A stretch of DNA of 64,000 nt, taken from the NCBI GenBank assembly GCA_002269645.1, contig NIVC01001182.1:1-64000 (forward strand), in the 5' to 3' direction. This DNA is from Macrostomum lignano. Its lineage: Eukaryota. The notes beneath the pieces are model-generated. The model did not search any database. It was not told the DNA's origin and saw only the letters and a program-made list of their open reading frames with translations. Shown one piece after another: positions 1 to 18,000 of this stretch. Position 1 is the first letter of the stretch, and the number at the start of each line of letters is the position of its first letter. Position numbers and translations under genes: made by a program.

Positions 1-3000
1 GAGACACACGGAGACAAACAGACACATCAGACACACGGAGACAAACATACACCACCGAGACACACGAAGACAAACATGAGACAACGAGACACACGAAGTG
101 ACAAACAGACATATCGAGACACACGGGAGACAAACAGACACATTCATACACACGAAGACAAACAGAGACAACGAGACACACGAAAACAAACAGAGACAAC
201 GAGACACACGAAGACAAACAGACACATCAGACACACGGAGACCAAACAGACACATCAGACACACGGAGACAAACAGACACATCAGACACACGGAGACAAA
301 CAGACACATCAGACACACGGAGACAAACAGAGACAACGAGACACACGGAGACAAACAGACACATCAGACACACGAAGACAAACATACACACCGAGACACA
401 CGAAGACAAACAGAGACAACGAGACACACGGAGACAAACAGACACACCGAGACACACGGAGGCAAACAGACACACGGAGACACACGAAGACAAACAGAAA
501 CAACGAGACACACGAAGACAAACAGACACATCAGACACACAGAGACAAACAGACATTCAGGCACACGAAGACAAAACAGACACATCAGACACACGGAGAC
601 AAACAGACACATCAGACACACGGAGACAAACAGAGACAACGAGACACACGGAGACAAAACAGACACATCAGACACACGAAGACAAACATACACACCGAGA
701 CACACGAGACAAACAGAGACAACGAGACACACGGAGACAAACAGACACATCAGACACACGGAGACAAACATACACCGAGACACACGAAGACAAACAGAGA
801 CAACGAGACACACGAAGACAAACAGACATATCAGACACACGGAGACAAGCAGACACATCAGACACATGGAGACAAACATACACATCAGACACACGGAGAC
901 AAACAGACAGATCAGAAACACGGAGAAAAACAGACACATCAGACCACGGAGATAAACAGACAGATCAGACACCGGAGACAAACAGACACACGAGACACAC
1001 GGAGGCAACAGACACACGGAGACACACGAAGACAAACAGAAACAACGAGACACACGAAGACAAACAGACACATCAGACACACGGAGACAAACAGACACAT
1101 CAGGCACACGAAGACAAACAGACACATCAGACACACGGAGACAAACAGAGACAACGAGACACACGGAGACAAACAGACACATCAGACACACGAAGACAAA
1201 CATACACACCGAGACACACGAAGACAAACAGAGACAACGAGACACACGAAGACAAACAGACATATCAGACACACGGAGACAAACAGACACATCAGACACA
1301 CGGAGACAAACAGACACATCAGACACACGGAGACAAACAGACACACCGAGACACACGGAGACAAACAGACACATCATACACACGAAGACAAACAGAGACA
1401 ACGAGACACACGAAAACAAACAGAGACAACGAGACACACGAAGACAAACAGACACATCAGACACACGGAGACAAACAGACACATCAGATACACGGAGACA
1501 AACAGACACATCAGGCACACGAAGACAAACAGACACATCAGACACACGGAGACAAACAGAGACAACGAGACACACGGAGACAAACAGACACATCAGACAC
1601 ACGAAGACAAACATACACCGAGACACACGAAGACAAACAGAGACAACGAGACACACGGAGACAAACAGACACATCAGACACACGGAGACAAACATACACA
1701 CCGAGACACACGAAGACAAACAGAGACAACGAGACACACGAAGACAAACAGACATATCGAGACACACGGAGACAAACAGACACATCATACACACGAAGAC
1801 AAACAGAGACAACGAGACACACGAAACAAACAGAGACAACGAGACACACGAAGACAAACAGACACATCAGACACACGGAGACAAACAGACACATCAGACA
1901 CACGGAGACAAACAGACACATCAGACACACGGAGACAAACAGACACATCAGACACACGGAGACAAACAGAGACAACGAGACACACGGAGACAAACAGACA
2001 CATCAGACACACGAAGACAAACATACACACCGAGACACACGAAGACAAACAGAGACAACGAGACACACGGAGACAAACAGACACACCGAGACACACGGAG
2101 GCAAACAGACACACGGAGACACACGAAGACAAACAGAAACAACGAGACACACGAAGACAAACAGACACATCAGACACACAGAGACAAACAGACACATCAG
2201 GCACACGAAGACAAAACAGACACATCAGACACACGGAGACAAACAGACACATCAGACACACGGAGACAAACAGAGACAACGAGACACACGGAGACAAACA
2301 GACACATCAGACACACGAAGACAAACATACACACCGAGACACACGAAGACAAACAGAGACAACGAGACACACGGAGACAAACAGACACATCAGACACACG
2401 GAGACAAACAGACACATCAGGCACACGAAGACAAACATACACACCGAGACACACGAAGACAAACAGAGACAACGAGACACACGAAGACAAACAGACATAT
2501 CAGACACACGGAGACAAGCAGACACATCAGACACATGGAGACAAACATACACATCAGACACACGGAGACAAACAGACAGATCAGACACACGGAGAAAAAC
2601 AGACACATCAGACACACGAAGATAAACAGACAGATCAGACACACGGAGACAAACAGACACACCGAGACACACGGAGGCAAACAGACACACGGAGACACAC
2701 GAAGACAAACAGAAACACGAGACACACGGAGATAAACAGACACATCAGACACACGGAGACAAACAGACACACCGAGACACACGGAGGAAAACAGACACAC
2801 GGAGACACACGAAGACAAACAGAAACAACGAGACACACGAAGACAAACAGACACATCAGACACAGGAGACAAACAGACACATCAGACACACGAAGACAAA
2901 CATACACACCGAGACACACGAAGACAAACAGAGACAACGAGACACACGAAGACAAACAGACACATCAGACACACGAAGACAAACAGACACATCAGGCACA

Positions 3001-6000
3001 CGAAGACAAACATACACACCGAGACACACGAACACAAACAGAGACAACGAGACACACGAAGACAAACAGACATATCGAGACACACGGAGACAAACAGACA
3101 CATCATACACACGAAGACAAACAGAGACAACGAGACACACGAAAACAAACAGAGACAACGAGACACACGAAGACAAACAGACACATCAGACACACGGAGA
3201 CAAACAGACACATCAGACACACGGAGACAAACAGACACATCAGACACACGGAGACAAACAGACACATCAGACACACGGAGACAAACAGAGACAACGAGAC
3301 ACACGGAGACAAACAGACACATCAGACACACGAAGACAAACATACACACCGAGACACACGAAGACAAACAGAGACAACGAGACACACGGAGACAAACAGA
3401 CACATCAGACACACGGAGACAAACATACACACCGAGACACACGAAGACAAACAGAGACAACAAGACACACGAAGACAAACAGACACATCAGACACACGGA
3501 GACAAGCAGACACATCAGACACATGGAGACAAACATACACATCAGACACACGGAGACAAACAGACAGATCAGAAACACGGAGAAAAACAGACACATCAGA
3601 CACACGGAGATAAACAGACAGATCAGACACACGGAGACAAACAGAAGCACCGAGACACACGGAGGCAAACAGACACACGGAGACACACGAAGACAAACAG
3701 AAACAACGAGACACACGAAGACAAACAGACACATCAGACACACGGAGACAAACAGACAACTCAGGCACACGAAGACAAACAGACACATCAGACACACGGA
3801 GACAAACAGACACATCAGACACACGGAGACAAACAGAGACAACGAGACACACGGAGACAAACAGACACATCAGACACACGAAGACAAACATACACACCGA
3901 GACACACGAAGACAAACAGACACATCAGACACACGGAGACAAACAGACACATCAGACACACGGAGACAAACAGACACATCAGGCACACGAAGACAAACAT
4001 ACACACCGAGACACACGAAGACAAACAGAGACAACGATACACACGAAGACAAACAGACATATCAGACACACGGAGACAAGCAGACACATCAGACACATGG
4101 AGACAAACATACACATCAGACACACGGAGACAAACAGACAGATCAGACACACGGAGACAAAACAGACACATCAGACACACGGAGACAAACAGACAGATCA
4201 GACACACGGAGACAAACAGACACACCGAGACACACGGAGACAAACAGACACACAGACACACGAAACAAACAGACACACGAGACACACGAAGATAAACAGA
4301 CACATCAGACACACGGAGACAAACAGACACACGAGACACACGGAGGCAAACAGACACACGGAGACACACGAAGACAAACAGAAACAACGAGACACACGAA
4401 GAAAACAGACACATCAGACACACGGAGACAAACAGACACATCAGGCACAGGAAGACAAACATACACACCGAGACACACGAAGACAAACAGAGACAACGAG
4501 ACACACGAAGACAAACAGACACATCAGACACACGAAGACAAACAGACACATCAGGCACACGAAGACAAACATACACACCGAGACACACGAACACAAACAG
4601 AGACAACGAGACACACGAAGACAAACAGACACATCAGACACACGGAGACAAACAGACACATCAGACACACGGAGACAAACAGACACATCAGACACACGGA
4701 GACAAACATACACACCGAGACACACGAAGACAAACAGACACATCAGACACACGGAGACAAACATACACACCGAGACACACGGAGACAAACAGAGACAACG
4801 AGACACACGAAGACAAACAGACACATCAGACACACGGAGACAAACATACACACCGAGACACACGAAGACAAACAGACACATCAGACACACGGAGACAAAC
4901 ATACACATCAGGCACACGAAGACAAACATACACACCGAGACACACGAAGACAAACAGACACATCAGACACACGGAGACAAACATACACACCGAGACGCAC
5001 GGAGGCAAACAGACACATCAGGCACACGAAGACAAACATACACACCGAGACACACGAAGACAAACAGACATATCGAGACACACGGAGACAAACAGACACA
5101 TCATACACACGAAGACAAACAGAGACAACGAGACACACGAAAACAAACAGAGACAACGAGACACACGAAGACAAACAGACACATCAGACACACGGAGACA
5201 AACAGACACATCAGACACACGGAGACAAACAGACACATCAGACACACGGAGACAAACAGACACATCAGACACACGGAGACAAACAGAGACAACGAGACAC
5301 ACGGAGACAAACAGACACATCAGACACACGAAGACAAACATACACACCGAGACACACGAAGACAAACAGAGACAACGAGACACACGGAGACAAACAGACA
5401 CATCAGACACACGGAGACAAACATACACACCGAGACACACGAAGACAAACAGAGACAACGAGACACACGAAGACAAACAGACACATCAGACACACGGAGA
5501 CAAGCAGACACATCAGACACATGGAGACAAACATACACATCAGACAGACGGAGACAAACAGACAGATCAGAAACACGGAGAAAAACAGACACATCAGACA
5601 CACGGAGATAAACAGACAGATCAGACACACGGAGACAAACAGACACACCGAGACACACGGAGGCAAACAGACACACGGAGACACACGAAGACAAACAGAA
5701 ACAACGAGACACACGAAGACAAACAGACACATCAGACACACGGAGACAAACAGACACATCAGGCACACGGAGACAAACAGACACATCAGACACACGGAGA
5801 CAAACAGACACATCAGACACACGGAGACAAACAGAGACAACGAGACACACGGAGACAAACAGACACATCAGACACACGAAGACAAACAGACACATCAGAC
5901 ACACGGAGACAAACATACACACCGAGACACACGAAGACAAACAGACACATCAGACACACGGAGACAAACATACACACCGAGACACACGAAGACAAACAGA

Positions 6001-9000
6001 GACAACGAGACACACGAAGACAAACAGACACATCAGACACACGGAGACAAACATACACACCGAGACACACGAAGACAAACAGACACATCAGACACACGGA
6101 GACAAACATACACATCAGGCACACGAAGACAAACATACACACCGAGACACACGAAGACAAACAGACACATCAGACACACGGAGACAAACATACACACCGA
6201 GACGCACGGAGGCAAACAGACACATCAGGCACACGAAGACAAACATACACACCGAGACACACGAAGACAAACAGAGACAACGAGACACACGAAGACAAAC
6301 AGAGACAACGAGACACACGAAGACAAACAGACATATCAGACGCACGGAGACAAGCAGACACATCAGACACATGGAGACAAACATACACATCAGACACACG
6401 GAGACAAACTGACAGATCAGACCTACGGAGAAAAACAGACACATCAGACACACGGAGATAAACAGACAGATCAGACACACGGAGACAAACAGACAGATCA
6501 GACACACGGAGACAAACAGACATATCAGACACACGGAGACAAACAGACACACCAAGACACACGGAGGCAAACAGACACATCAGGCACACGAAGACAAACA
6601 TACACACCGAGACACACAAAGACAAACAGAGACAACGAGACACACGAAGACAAACAGACATATCAGACACACGGAGACAAACAGACACATCAGACACACG
6701 GAGACAAACAGACACATCAGACACACGGAGACAAACAGACACACCGAGACACACGAAGACAAACAGACACATCATACACACGTAGAAAAACAGAGACAAC
6801 GAGACACACGAAAACAAACAGAGACAACGAGACACACGAAGACAAACAGACACATCAGACACACGGAGACAAACAGACAGATCAGACACACGGGGACAAA
6901 CAGACACATCAGACACACGGAGACAAACAGACACATCAGACACACGGAGACAAACAGAGACAACGAGACACACGGAGACAAACAGACACATCAGACACAC
7001 GAAGACAAACATACACACCGAGACACACGAAGACAAACAGAGACAACGAGACACACGAAGACAAACAGACATATCAGACACACGGAGACAAACAGACAGA
7101 TCAGACACACGGAGACAAACAGACATATCAGACACACGGAGACAAACAGACACACCAAGACACACGGAGGCAAACAGACACATCAGGCACACGAAGACAA
7201 ACATACACACCGAGACACACAAAGACAAACAGAGACAACGAGACACACGAAGACAAACAGACATATCAGACACACGGAGACAAACAGACACATCAGACAC
7301 ACGGAGACAAACAGACACATCAGACACACGGAGACAAACATACACACCGAGACACACGGAGACAAACAGACACATCATACACACGAAGACAAACAGAGAC
7401 AACGAGACACACGAAAACAAACAGAGACAACGAGACACACGAAGACAAACAGACACATCAGACACACGGAGACAAACAGACACATCAGACACACGGAGAC
7501 AAACAGACACATCAGTCACACGGAGACAAACAGACACATCAGACACACGGAGACAAACAGAGACAACGAGACACACGGAGACAAACAGACACATCAGACA
7601 CACGAAGACAAACATACACACCGAGACACACGAAGACAAACAGAGACAACGAGACACACGAAGACAAACAGACATATCAGACACACGGAGACAAGCAGAC
7701 ACATCAGACACATGGAGACAAACATACACATCAGACACACGGAGACAAACAGACAGATCAGAAACACGAGAAAAACAGACACATCAGACACACGGAGATA
7801 AACAGACAGATCAGACACACGGAGACAAACAGACAGATCAGACACACGGAGACAAACATACACACCGAGACACACGAAGACAAACAGAGACAACGAGACA
7901 CACGAAGACAAACAGACATATCAGACACACGGAGACAAACATACACACCGAGACACACGGAGGCAAACAGACACACGGAGACACACGAAGACAAACAGAA
8001 ACAACGAGACACACGGAGATAAACAGACACATCAGACACACGGAGACAAACAGACACACCGAGACACACGGAGGAAACAGACACACGGAGACACACGAAG
8101 ACAAACAGAAACAACGAGACACACGAAGACAAACAGACACATCAGACACACGGAGACAAACAGACACATCAGGCACACGAAGACAAACATACACACCGAG
8201 ACACACGAAGACAAACAGAGACAACGAGACACACGAAGACAAACAGACACATCAGACACACGAAGGCAAACAGACACATCAGGCACACGAAGACAAACAT
8301 ACACACCGAGACACACGAACACAAACAGAGACAACGAGACACACGAAGACAAACAGACACATCAGACACACGGAGACAAACAGACACATCAGACACATGG
8401 AGACAAACAGACACATCAGACACACGGAGACAAACATACACACCGAGACACACGAAGACAAACAGACACATCAGACACACGGAGACAAACATACACACCG
8501 AGACACACGAAGACAAACAGAGACAACGAGACACACGAAGACAAACAGACATATCAGACACACGGAGACAAACATACACAACGAGACACACGAAGACAAA
8601 CAGACAGATCAGACACACGGAGACAAACAGAAACACCGAGACACACGGAGGCAAACAGACACACGGAGACACACGAAGACAAACAGAAACAACGAGACAC
8701 ACGGAGATAAACAGACACATCAGACACACGGAGACAAACAGACACACCGAGACACACGGAGGCAAACAGACACACGGAGACACACGAAGACAAACAGAAA
8801 CAACGAGACACACGAAGACAAACAGACACATCAGACACACGGAGACAAACAGACACATCAGGCACAGGAAGACAAACATACACACCGAGACACACGAAGA
8901 CAAACAGACACATCAGACACACGAAGACAAACAGACACATCAGGCACACGAAGACAAACATACACACCGAGACACACGAACACAAACAGAGACAACGAGA

Positions 9001-12000
9001 CACACGAAGACAAACAGACACATCAGACACACGGAGACAAACAGACACATCAGACACACGGAGACAAACAGACACATCAGACACACGGAGACAAACATAC
9101 ACACCGAGACACACGAAGACAAACAGACACATCAGACACACGGAAGACAAACATACACACCGAGACACACGGAGACAAACAGAGACAACGAGACACACGA
9201 AGACAAACAGACACATCAGACACACGGAGACAAACATACACACCGAGACACACGAAGACAAACAGACACATCAGACACACGGAGACAAACATACACATCA
9301 GGCACACGAAGACAAACATACACACGAGACACACGAAGACAAACAGACACATCAGACACACGGAGACAAACATACACACCGAGACGCACGGAGGCAAACA
9401 GACACATCAGGCACACGAAGACAAACATACACACCGAGACACACGAAGACAAACAGACATATCGAGACACACGGAGACAAACAGACACATCATACACACG
9501 AAGACAAACAGAGACAACGAGACACACGAAAACAAACAGAGACAACGAGACACACGAAGACAAACATACACACCGAGACACACGAAGACAAACAGAGACA
9601 ACGAGACACACGGAGACAAACAGACACATCAGACACACGGAGACAAACATACACACCGAGACACACGAAGACAAACAGAGACAACGAGACACACGAAGAC
9701 AAACAGACACATCAGACACACGAGACAAGCAGACACATCAGACACATGGAGACAAACATACACATCAGACACACGGAGACAAACAGACAGATCAGAAACA
9801 CGGAGAAAACAGACACATCAGACACACGGAGATAAACAGACAGATCAGACACACGGAGACAAAAAGACACGAGACACACGGAGGCAAACAGACACACGGA
9901 GACACACGAAGACAAACAGAAACAACGAGACACACGAAGACAAACAGACACATCAGACACACAGAGACAAACAGACACATCAGGCACACGGAGACAAACA
10001 GACACATCAGACACACGGAGACAAACAGACACATCAGACACACGGAGACAAACAGAGACAACGAGACACACGGAGACAAACAGACACATCAGACACACGA
10101 AGACAAACATACACACCGAGACACACGAAGACAAACAGAGACAACGAGACACACGGAGACAAACAGACACATCAGACACACGGAGACAAACAGACACATC
10201 AGGCACACGAAGACAAACATACACACCGAGACACACGAAGACAAACAGAGACAACGAGACACACGAAGACAAACAGACATATCAGACACACGGAGACAAG
10301 CAGACACATCAGACACATGGAGACAAACATACACATCAGACACACGGAGACAAACAGACAGATCAGACACACGGAGAAAAACAGACACATCAGACACACG
10401 AAGATAAACAGACAGATCAGACACACGGAGACAAACATACACACCGAGACACACGGAGGCAAACAGACACACGGAGACACACGAAGACAAACAGAAACAA
10501 CGAGACACACGGAGATAAACAGACACATCAGACACACGGAGACAAACAGACACACCGAGACACACGGAGGCAAACAGACACACGGAGACACACGAAGACA
10601 AACAGAAACAACGAGACACACGAAGACAAACAGACACATCAGACACACGGAGACAAACAGACACATCAGGCACACGAAGACAAACATACACACCGAGACA
10701 CACGAAGACAAACAGAGACAACGAGACACACGAAGACAAACAGACACATCAGACACACGAAGACAAACAGACACATCAGGCACACGAAGACAAACATACA
10801 CACCGAGACACACGAACACAAACAGAGACAACGAGACACACGAAGACAAACAGACACATCAGACACACGGAGACAAACAGACACATCAGACACACGGAGA
10901 CAAACAGACACATCAGACACACGGAGACAAACATACACACCGAGACACACGAAGACAAACAGACACATCAGACACACGGAGACAAACATACACACGAGAC
11001 ACACGAAGACAAACAGAGACAACGAGACACACGAAGACAAACAGACACATCAGACACACGGAGACAAACATACACACCGAGACACACGAAGACAAACAGA
11101 CACATCAGACACACGGAGACAAACATACACATCAGGCACACGAAGACAAACATACACACCGAGACACACGAAGACAAACAGACACATCAGACACACGGAG
11201 ACAAACATACACACCGAGACGCACGGAGGCAAACAGACACATCAGGCACACGAAGACAAACATACACACCGAGACACACGAAGACAAACAGAGACAACGA
11301 GACACACGAAGACAAACAGAGACAACGAGACACACGAAGACAAACAGACACATCAGACACACGGAGACAAGCAGACACATCAGACACATGGAGACAAACA
11401 TACACATCAGACACACGGAGACAAACTGACAGATCAGACCTACGGAGAAAACAGACACATCAGACACACGGAGATAAACAGACAGATCAGACACACGGAG
11501 ACAAACAGACAGATCAGACACACGGAGACAAACAGACATATCAGACACACGGAGACAAACAGACACACCAAGACACACGGAGGCAAACAGACACATCAGG
11601 CACACGAAGACAAACATACACACCGAGACACACGAAGACAAACAGAGACAACGAGACACACGAAGACAAACAGACATATCAGACACACGGAGACAAACAG
11701 ACACATCAGACACACGGAGACAAACAGACACATCAGACACACGGAGACAAACAGACACACCGAGACACACGAAGACAAACAGACACATCATACACACGAA
11801 GACAAACAGAGACAACGAGACACACGGAGACAAACAGACACATCAGACACACGAAGACAAACATACACACCGAGACACACGAAGACGAACAGAGACAACG
11901 AGACACACGAAGACAAACAGACATATCAGACACACGGAGACAAACAGACACATCAGACACACGGAGACAAACAGACACATCAGGTACACGAAGACAAACA

Positions 12001-15000
12001 TACACACCGAGACACACGGAGACAAACAGACACATCATACACACGAAGACAAACAGAGACAACGAGACACACGAAAACAAACCGAGACAACGAGACACAC
12101 GAAGACAAACAGACACATCAGACACACGGAGACAAACAGACACATCAGACACACGGAGACAAACAGACACATCAGACACACGGAGACAAACAGACACATC
12201 AGACACACGGAGACAAACAGAGACAACGAGACACACGGAGACAAACAGACACATCAGACACACGAAGACAAACATACACACCGAGACACACGAAGACAAA
12301 CAGAGACAACGAGACACACGAAGACAAACAGACATATCAGACACACGGAGACAAGCAGACACATCAGACACATGGAGACAAACATACACATCAGACACAC
12401 GGAGACAAACAGACAGATCAGAAACACGGAGAAAACAGACACATCAGACACACGGAGATAAACAGACAGATCAGACACACGGAGACAAACAGACACACCG
12501 AGACACACGAAGACAAACATACACACCGAGACACACGAAGACAAACAGAGACAACGAGACACACGAAGACAAACAGACATATCAGACACACGGAGACAAA
12601 CATACACACGAGACACACGGAGGCAAACAGACACACGGAGACACACGAAGACAAACAGAAACAACGAGACACACGGAGATAAACAGACACATCAGACACA
12701 CGGAGACAAACAGACACACCGAGACACACGGAGCAAACAGACACACGGAGACACACGAAGACAAACAGAAACAACGAGACACACGAAGACAAACAGACAC
12801 ATCAGACACACGGAGACAAACAGACACATCAGGCACACGAAGACAAACATACACACCGAGACACACGAAGACAAACAGAGACAACGAGACACACGAAGAC
12901 AAACAGACACATCAGACACACGAAGACAAACAGACACATCAGGCACACGAAGACAAACATACACACCGAGACACACGAACACAAACAGAGACAACGAGAC
13001 ACACGAAGACAAACAGACACATCAGACACACGGAGACAAACAGACACATCAGACACACGAAGACAAACATACACATCAGACACACGGAGACAAACATACA
13101 CACCGAGACACACGAAGACAAACAGACACATCAGACACACGGAGACAAACATACACACCGAGACACACGAAGACAAACAGAGACAACGAGACACACGAAG
13201 ACAAACAGACATATCAGACACACGGAGACAAACATACACAACGAGACACACGAAGACAAACAGACACATCAGACACACGGAGACAAACAGACACATCAGA
13301 CACACGAAGACAAACATACACACCGAGACACACGAAGACAAACAGAGACAACGAGACACACGAAGACAAACAGACATATCAGACACACGGAGACAAACAG
13401 ACACATCAGACACACGGAGACAAACAGACACATCAGACACACGGAGACAAACAGACACACCGAGACACACGGAGACAAACAGACACATCATACACACGAA
13501 GACAAACAGAGACAACGAGACACATGAAAACAAACAGAGACAACGAGACACACGAAGACAAACAGACACATCAGACACACGGAGACAAACAGACACATCA
13601 GACACACGGAGACAAACAGACACATCAGACACACGGAGACAAACAGACACATCAGACACACGGAGACAAACAGACACATCAGACACACGGAGACAAACAT
13701 ACACACGAGACACACGAAGACAAACAGACACATCAGACACACGGAGACAAACATACACACCGAGACACACGAAGACAAAAAGAGACAACGAGACACACGA
13801 AGACAAACAGACACATCAGACACACGGAGACAAACAGAAACATCAGGCACACGAAGACAAACATACACACCGAGACACACGAACACAAACAGAGACAACG
13901 AGACACACGAAGACAAACAGACACATCAGACACACGGAGACAAACAGACAGATCAGACACACGGGGACAAACAGACACATCAGACACACGGAGACAAACA
14001 GACACATCAGACACACGGAGACAAACAGAGACAACGAGACACACGGAGACAAACAGACACATCAGACACACGAAGACAAACATACACACCGAGACACACG
14101 AAGACAAACAGAGACAACGAGACACACGAAGACAAACATACACACCGAGACACACGGAGACAAACAGACACATCAGACACACGGAGACAAACAGACACAT
14201 CAGGTACACGAAGACAAACATACACACCGAGACACACGGAGACAAACAGACACATCATACACACGAAGACAAACAGAGACAACGAGACACACGAAAACAA
14301 ACAGAGACAACGAGACACACGAAGACAAACAGACACATCAGACACACGGAGACAAACAGACACATCAGACACACGGAGACAAACAGACACATCAGTCACA
14401 CGGAGACAAACATACACATCAGACACACGGAGACAAACAGAGACAACGAGACACACGGAGACAAACAGACACATCAGACACACGAAGACAAACATACACA
14501 CCGAGACACACGAAGACAAACAGAGACAACGAGACACACGAAGACAAACAGACATATCAGACACACGAAGACAAGCAGACACATCAGACACATGGAGACA
14601 AACATACACATCAGACACACGGAGACAAACAGACAGATCAGAAACACGGAGAAAAACAGACACATCAGACACACGGAGATAAACAGACAGATCAGACACA
14701 CGGAGACAAACAGACACACCGAGACACACGAAGACAAACATACACACCGAGACACACGAAGACAAACAGAGACAACAAGACACACGAAGACAAACAGACA
14801 TATCAGACACACGGAGACAAACATACACACCGAGACACACGGAGCAAACAGACACACGGAGACACACGAAGACAAACAGAAACAACGAGACACACGGAGA
14901 TAAACAGACACATCAGACACACGGAGACAAACAGACACACGAGACACACGGAGGCAAACAGACACACGGAGACACACGAAGACAAACAGAAACAACGAGA

Positions 15001-18000
15001 CACACGAAGACAAACAGACACATCAGACACACGGAGACAAACAGACACATCAGGCACACGAAGACAAACATACACACCGAGACACACGAAGACAAACAGA
15101 GACAACGAGACACACGAAGACAAACAGACACATCAGACACACGAAGACAAACAGACACATCAGGCACACGAAGACAAACATACACACCGAGACACACGAA
15201 CACAAACAGAGACAACGAGACACACGAAGACAAACAGACACATCAGACACACGGAGACAAACAGACACATCAGACACACGGAGACAAACAGACACATCAG
15301 ACACACGGAGACAAACATACACACCGAGACACACGAAGACAAACAGACACATCAGACACACGGAGACAAACATACACACCGAGACACACGAAGACAAACA
15401 GAGACAACGAGACACACCAAGACAAACAGACATATCAGACACACGGAGACAAACATACACAACGAGACACACGAAGACAAACAGACACATCAGACACACG
15501 GAGACAAACAGACACATCAGACACACGGAGACAAACAGACACATCAGACACACGGAGACAAACAGAGACAACGAGACACACGGAGACAAACAGACACATC
15601 AGACACACGAAGACAAACATACACACCGAGACATACGAAGACAAACAGAGACAACGAGACACACGAAGACAAACAGACATATCAGACACACGGAGACAAA
15701 CAGACACATCAGACACACGGAGACAAACAGACACATCAGACACACGGAGACAAACAGACACACGAGACACACGGAGACAAACAGACACATCATACACACG
15801 AAGACAAACAGAGACAACGAGACACATGAAAACAAACAGAGACAACGAGACACACGAAGACAAACAGACACATCAGACACACGGAGACAAACAGACACAT
15901 CAGACACACGGAGACAAACAGACACATCAGACACACGGAGACAAACAGACACATCAGACACACGGAGACAAACAGACACATCAGACACACGGAGACAAAC
16001 ATACACACCGAGACACACGAAGACAAACAGACACATCAGACACACGGAGACAAACATACACACGAGACACACGAAGACAAACAGAGACAACGAGACACAC
16101 GAAGACAAACAGACACATCAGACACACGGAGACAAACAGAAACATCAGGCACACGAAGACAAACATACACACCGAGACACACGAACACAAACAGAGACAA
16201 CGAGACACACGAAGACAAACAGACACATCAGACACACGGAGACAAACATACGCACCGAGACACACGAAGACAAACAGACACATCAGACACACGGAGACAA
16301 ACATACACATCAGGCACACGAAGACAAACATACACACCGAGACACACGAAGACAAACAGAGACAACGAGACACACGAAGACAAACATACACATCAGACAC
16401 ACGGAGACAAACAGACACATCAGGCACACGGAGACAAACATACACACGAGACACACGAAACACAAACAGAGACAACGAGACACACGAAGACAAACAGACA
16501 CATCAGACACACGGAGACAAACATACACACCGAGACACACGAAGACAAACAGACACATCAGACACACGGAGACAAACATACACACCGAGACACACGAACA
16601 CAAACAGAGACAACGAGACACACGGAGACAAACAGACACATCAGACACACGGAGACAAACATACACACCGAGACACACGGAGGCAAACAGACACATCAGG
16701 CACACGAAGACAAACATACACACCGAGACACACGAAGACAAACAGAGACAACGAGACACACGAAGACAAACAGACACATCATACACACGAAGACAAACAG
16801 AGACAACGAGACACACGAAAACAAACAGAGACAACGAGACACACGAAGACAAACAGACACATCAGACACACGGAGACAAACAGACACATCAGACACACGG
16901 AGACAAACAGACACATCAGTCACACGGAGACAAACATACACATCAGACACACGGAGACAAACAGAGACAACGAGACACACGGAGACAAACAGACACATCA
17001 GACACACGAAGACAAACATACACACCGAGACACACGAAGACAAACAGAGACAACGAGACACACGAAGACAAACAGACATATCAGACACACGAAGACAAGC
17101 AGACACATCAGACACATGGAGACAAACATACACATCAGACACACGGAGACAAACAGACAGATCAGAAACACGGAGAAAAACAGACACATCAGACACACGG
17201 AGATAAACAGACAGATCAGACACACGGAGACAAACAGACACACCGAGACACACGAAGACAAACATACACACCGAGACACACGAAGACAAACAGAGACAAC
17301 AAGACACACGAAGACAAACAGACATATCAGACACACGGAGACAAACATACACACCGAGACACACGGAGGCAAACAGACACACGGAGACACACGAAGACAA
17401 ACAGAAACAACGAGACACACGGAGATAAACAGACACATCAGACACACGGAGACAAACAGACACACCGAGACACACGGAGGCAAACAGACACACGGAGACA
17501 CACGAAGACAAACAGAAACAACGAGACACACGAAGACAAACAGACACATCAGACACACGGAGACAAACAGACACATCAGGCACACGAAGACAAACATACA
17601 CACCGAGACACACGAAGACAAACAGAGACAACGAGACACACGAAGACAAACAGACACATCAGACACACGAAGACAAACAGACACATCAGGCACACGAAGA
17701 CAAACATACACACCGAGACACACGAACACAAACAGAGACAACGAGACACACGAAGACAAACAGACACATCAGACACACGGAGACAAACAGACACATCAGA
17801 CACACGGAGACAAACAGACACATCAGACACACGGAGACAAACATACACACCGAGACACACGAAGACAAACAGACACATCAGACACACGGAGACAAACATA
17901 CACACCGAGACACACGAAGACAAACAGAGACAACGAGACACAGCAAGACAAACAGACATATCAGACACACGGAGACAAACATACACAACGAGACACACGA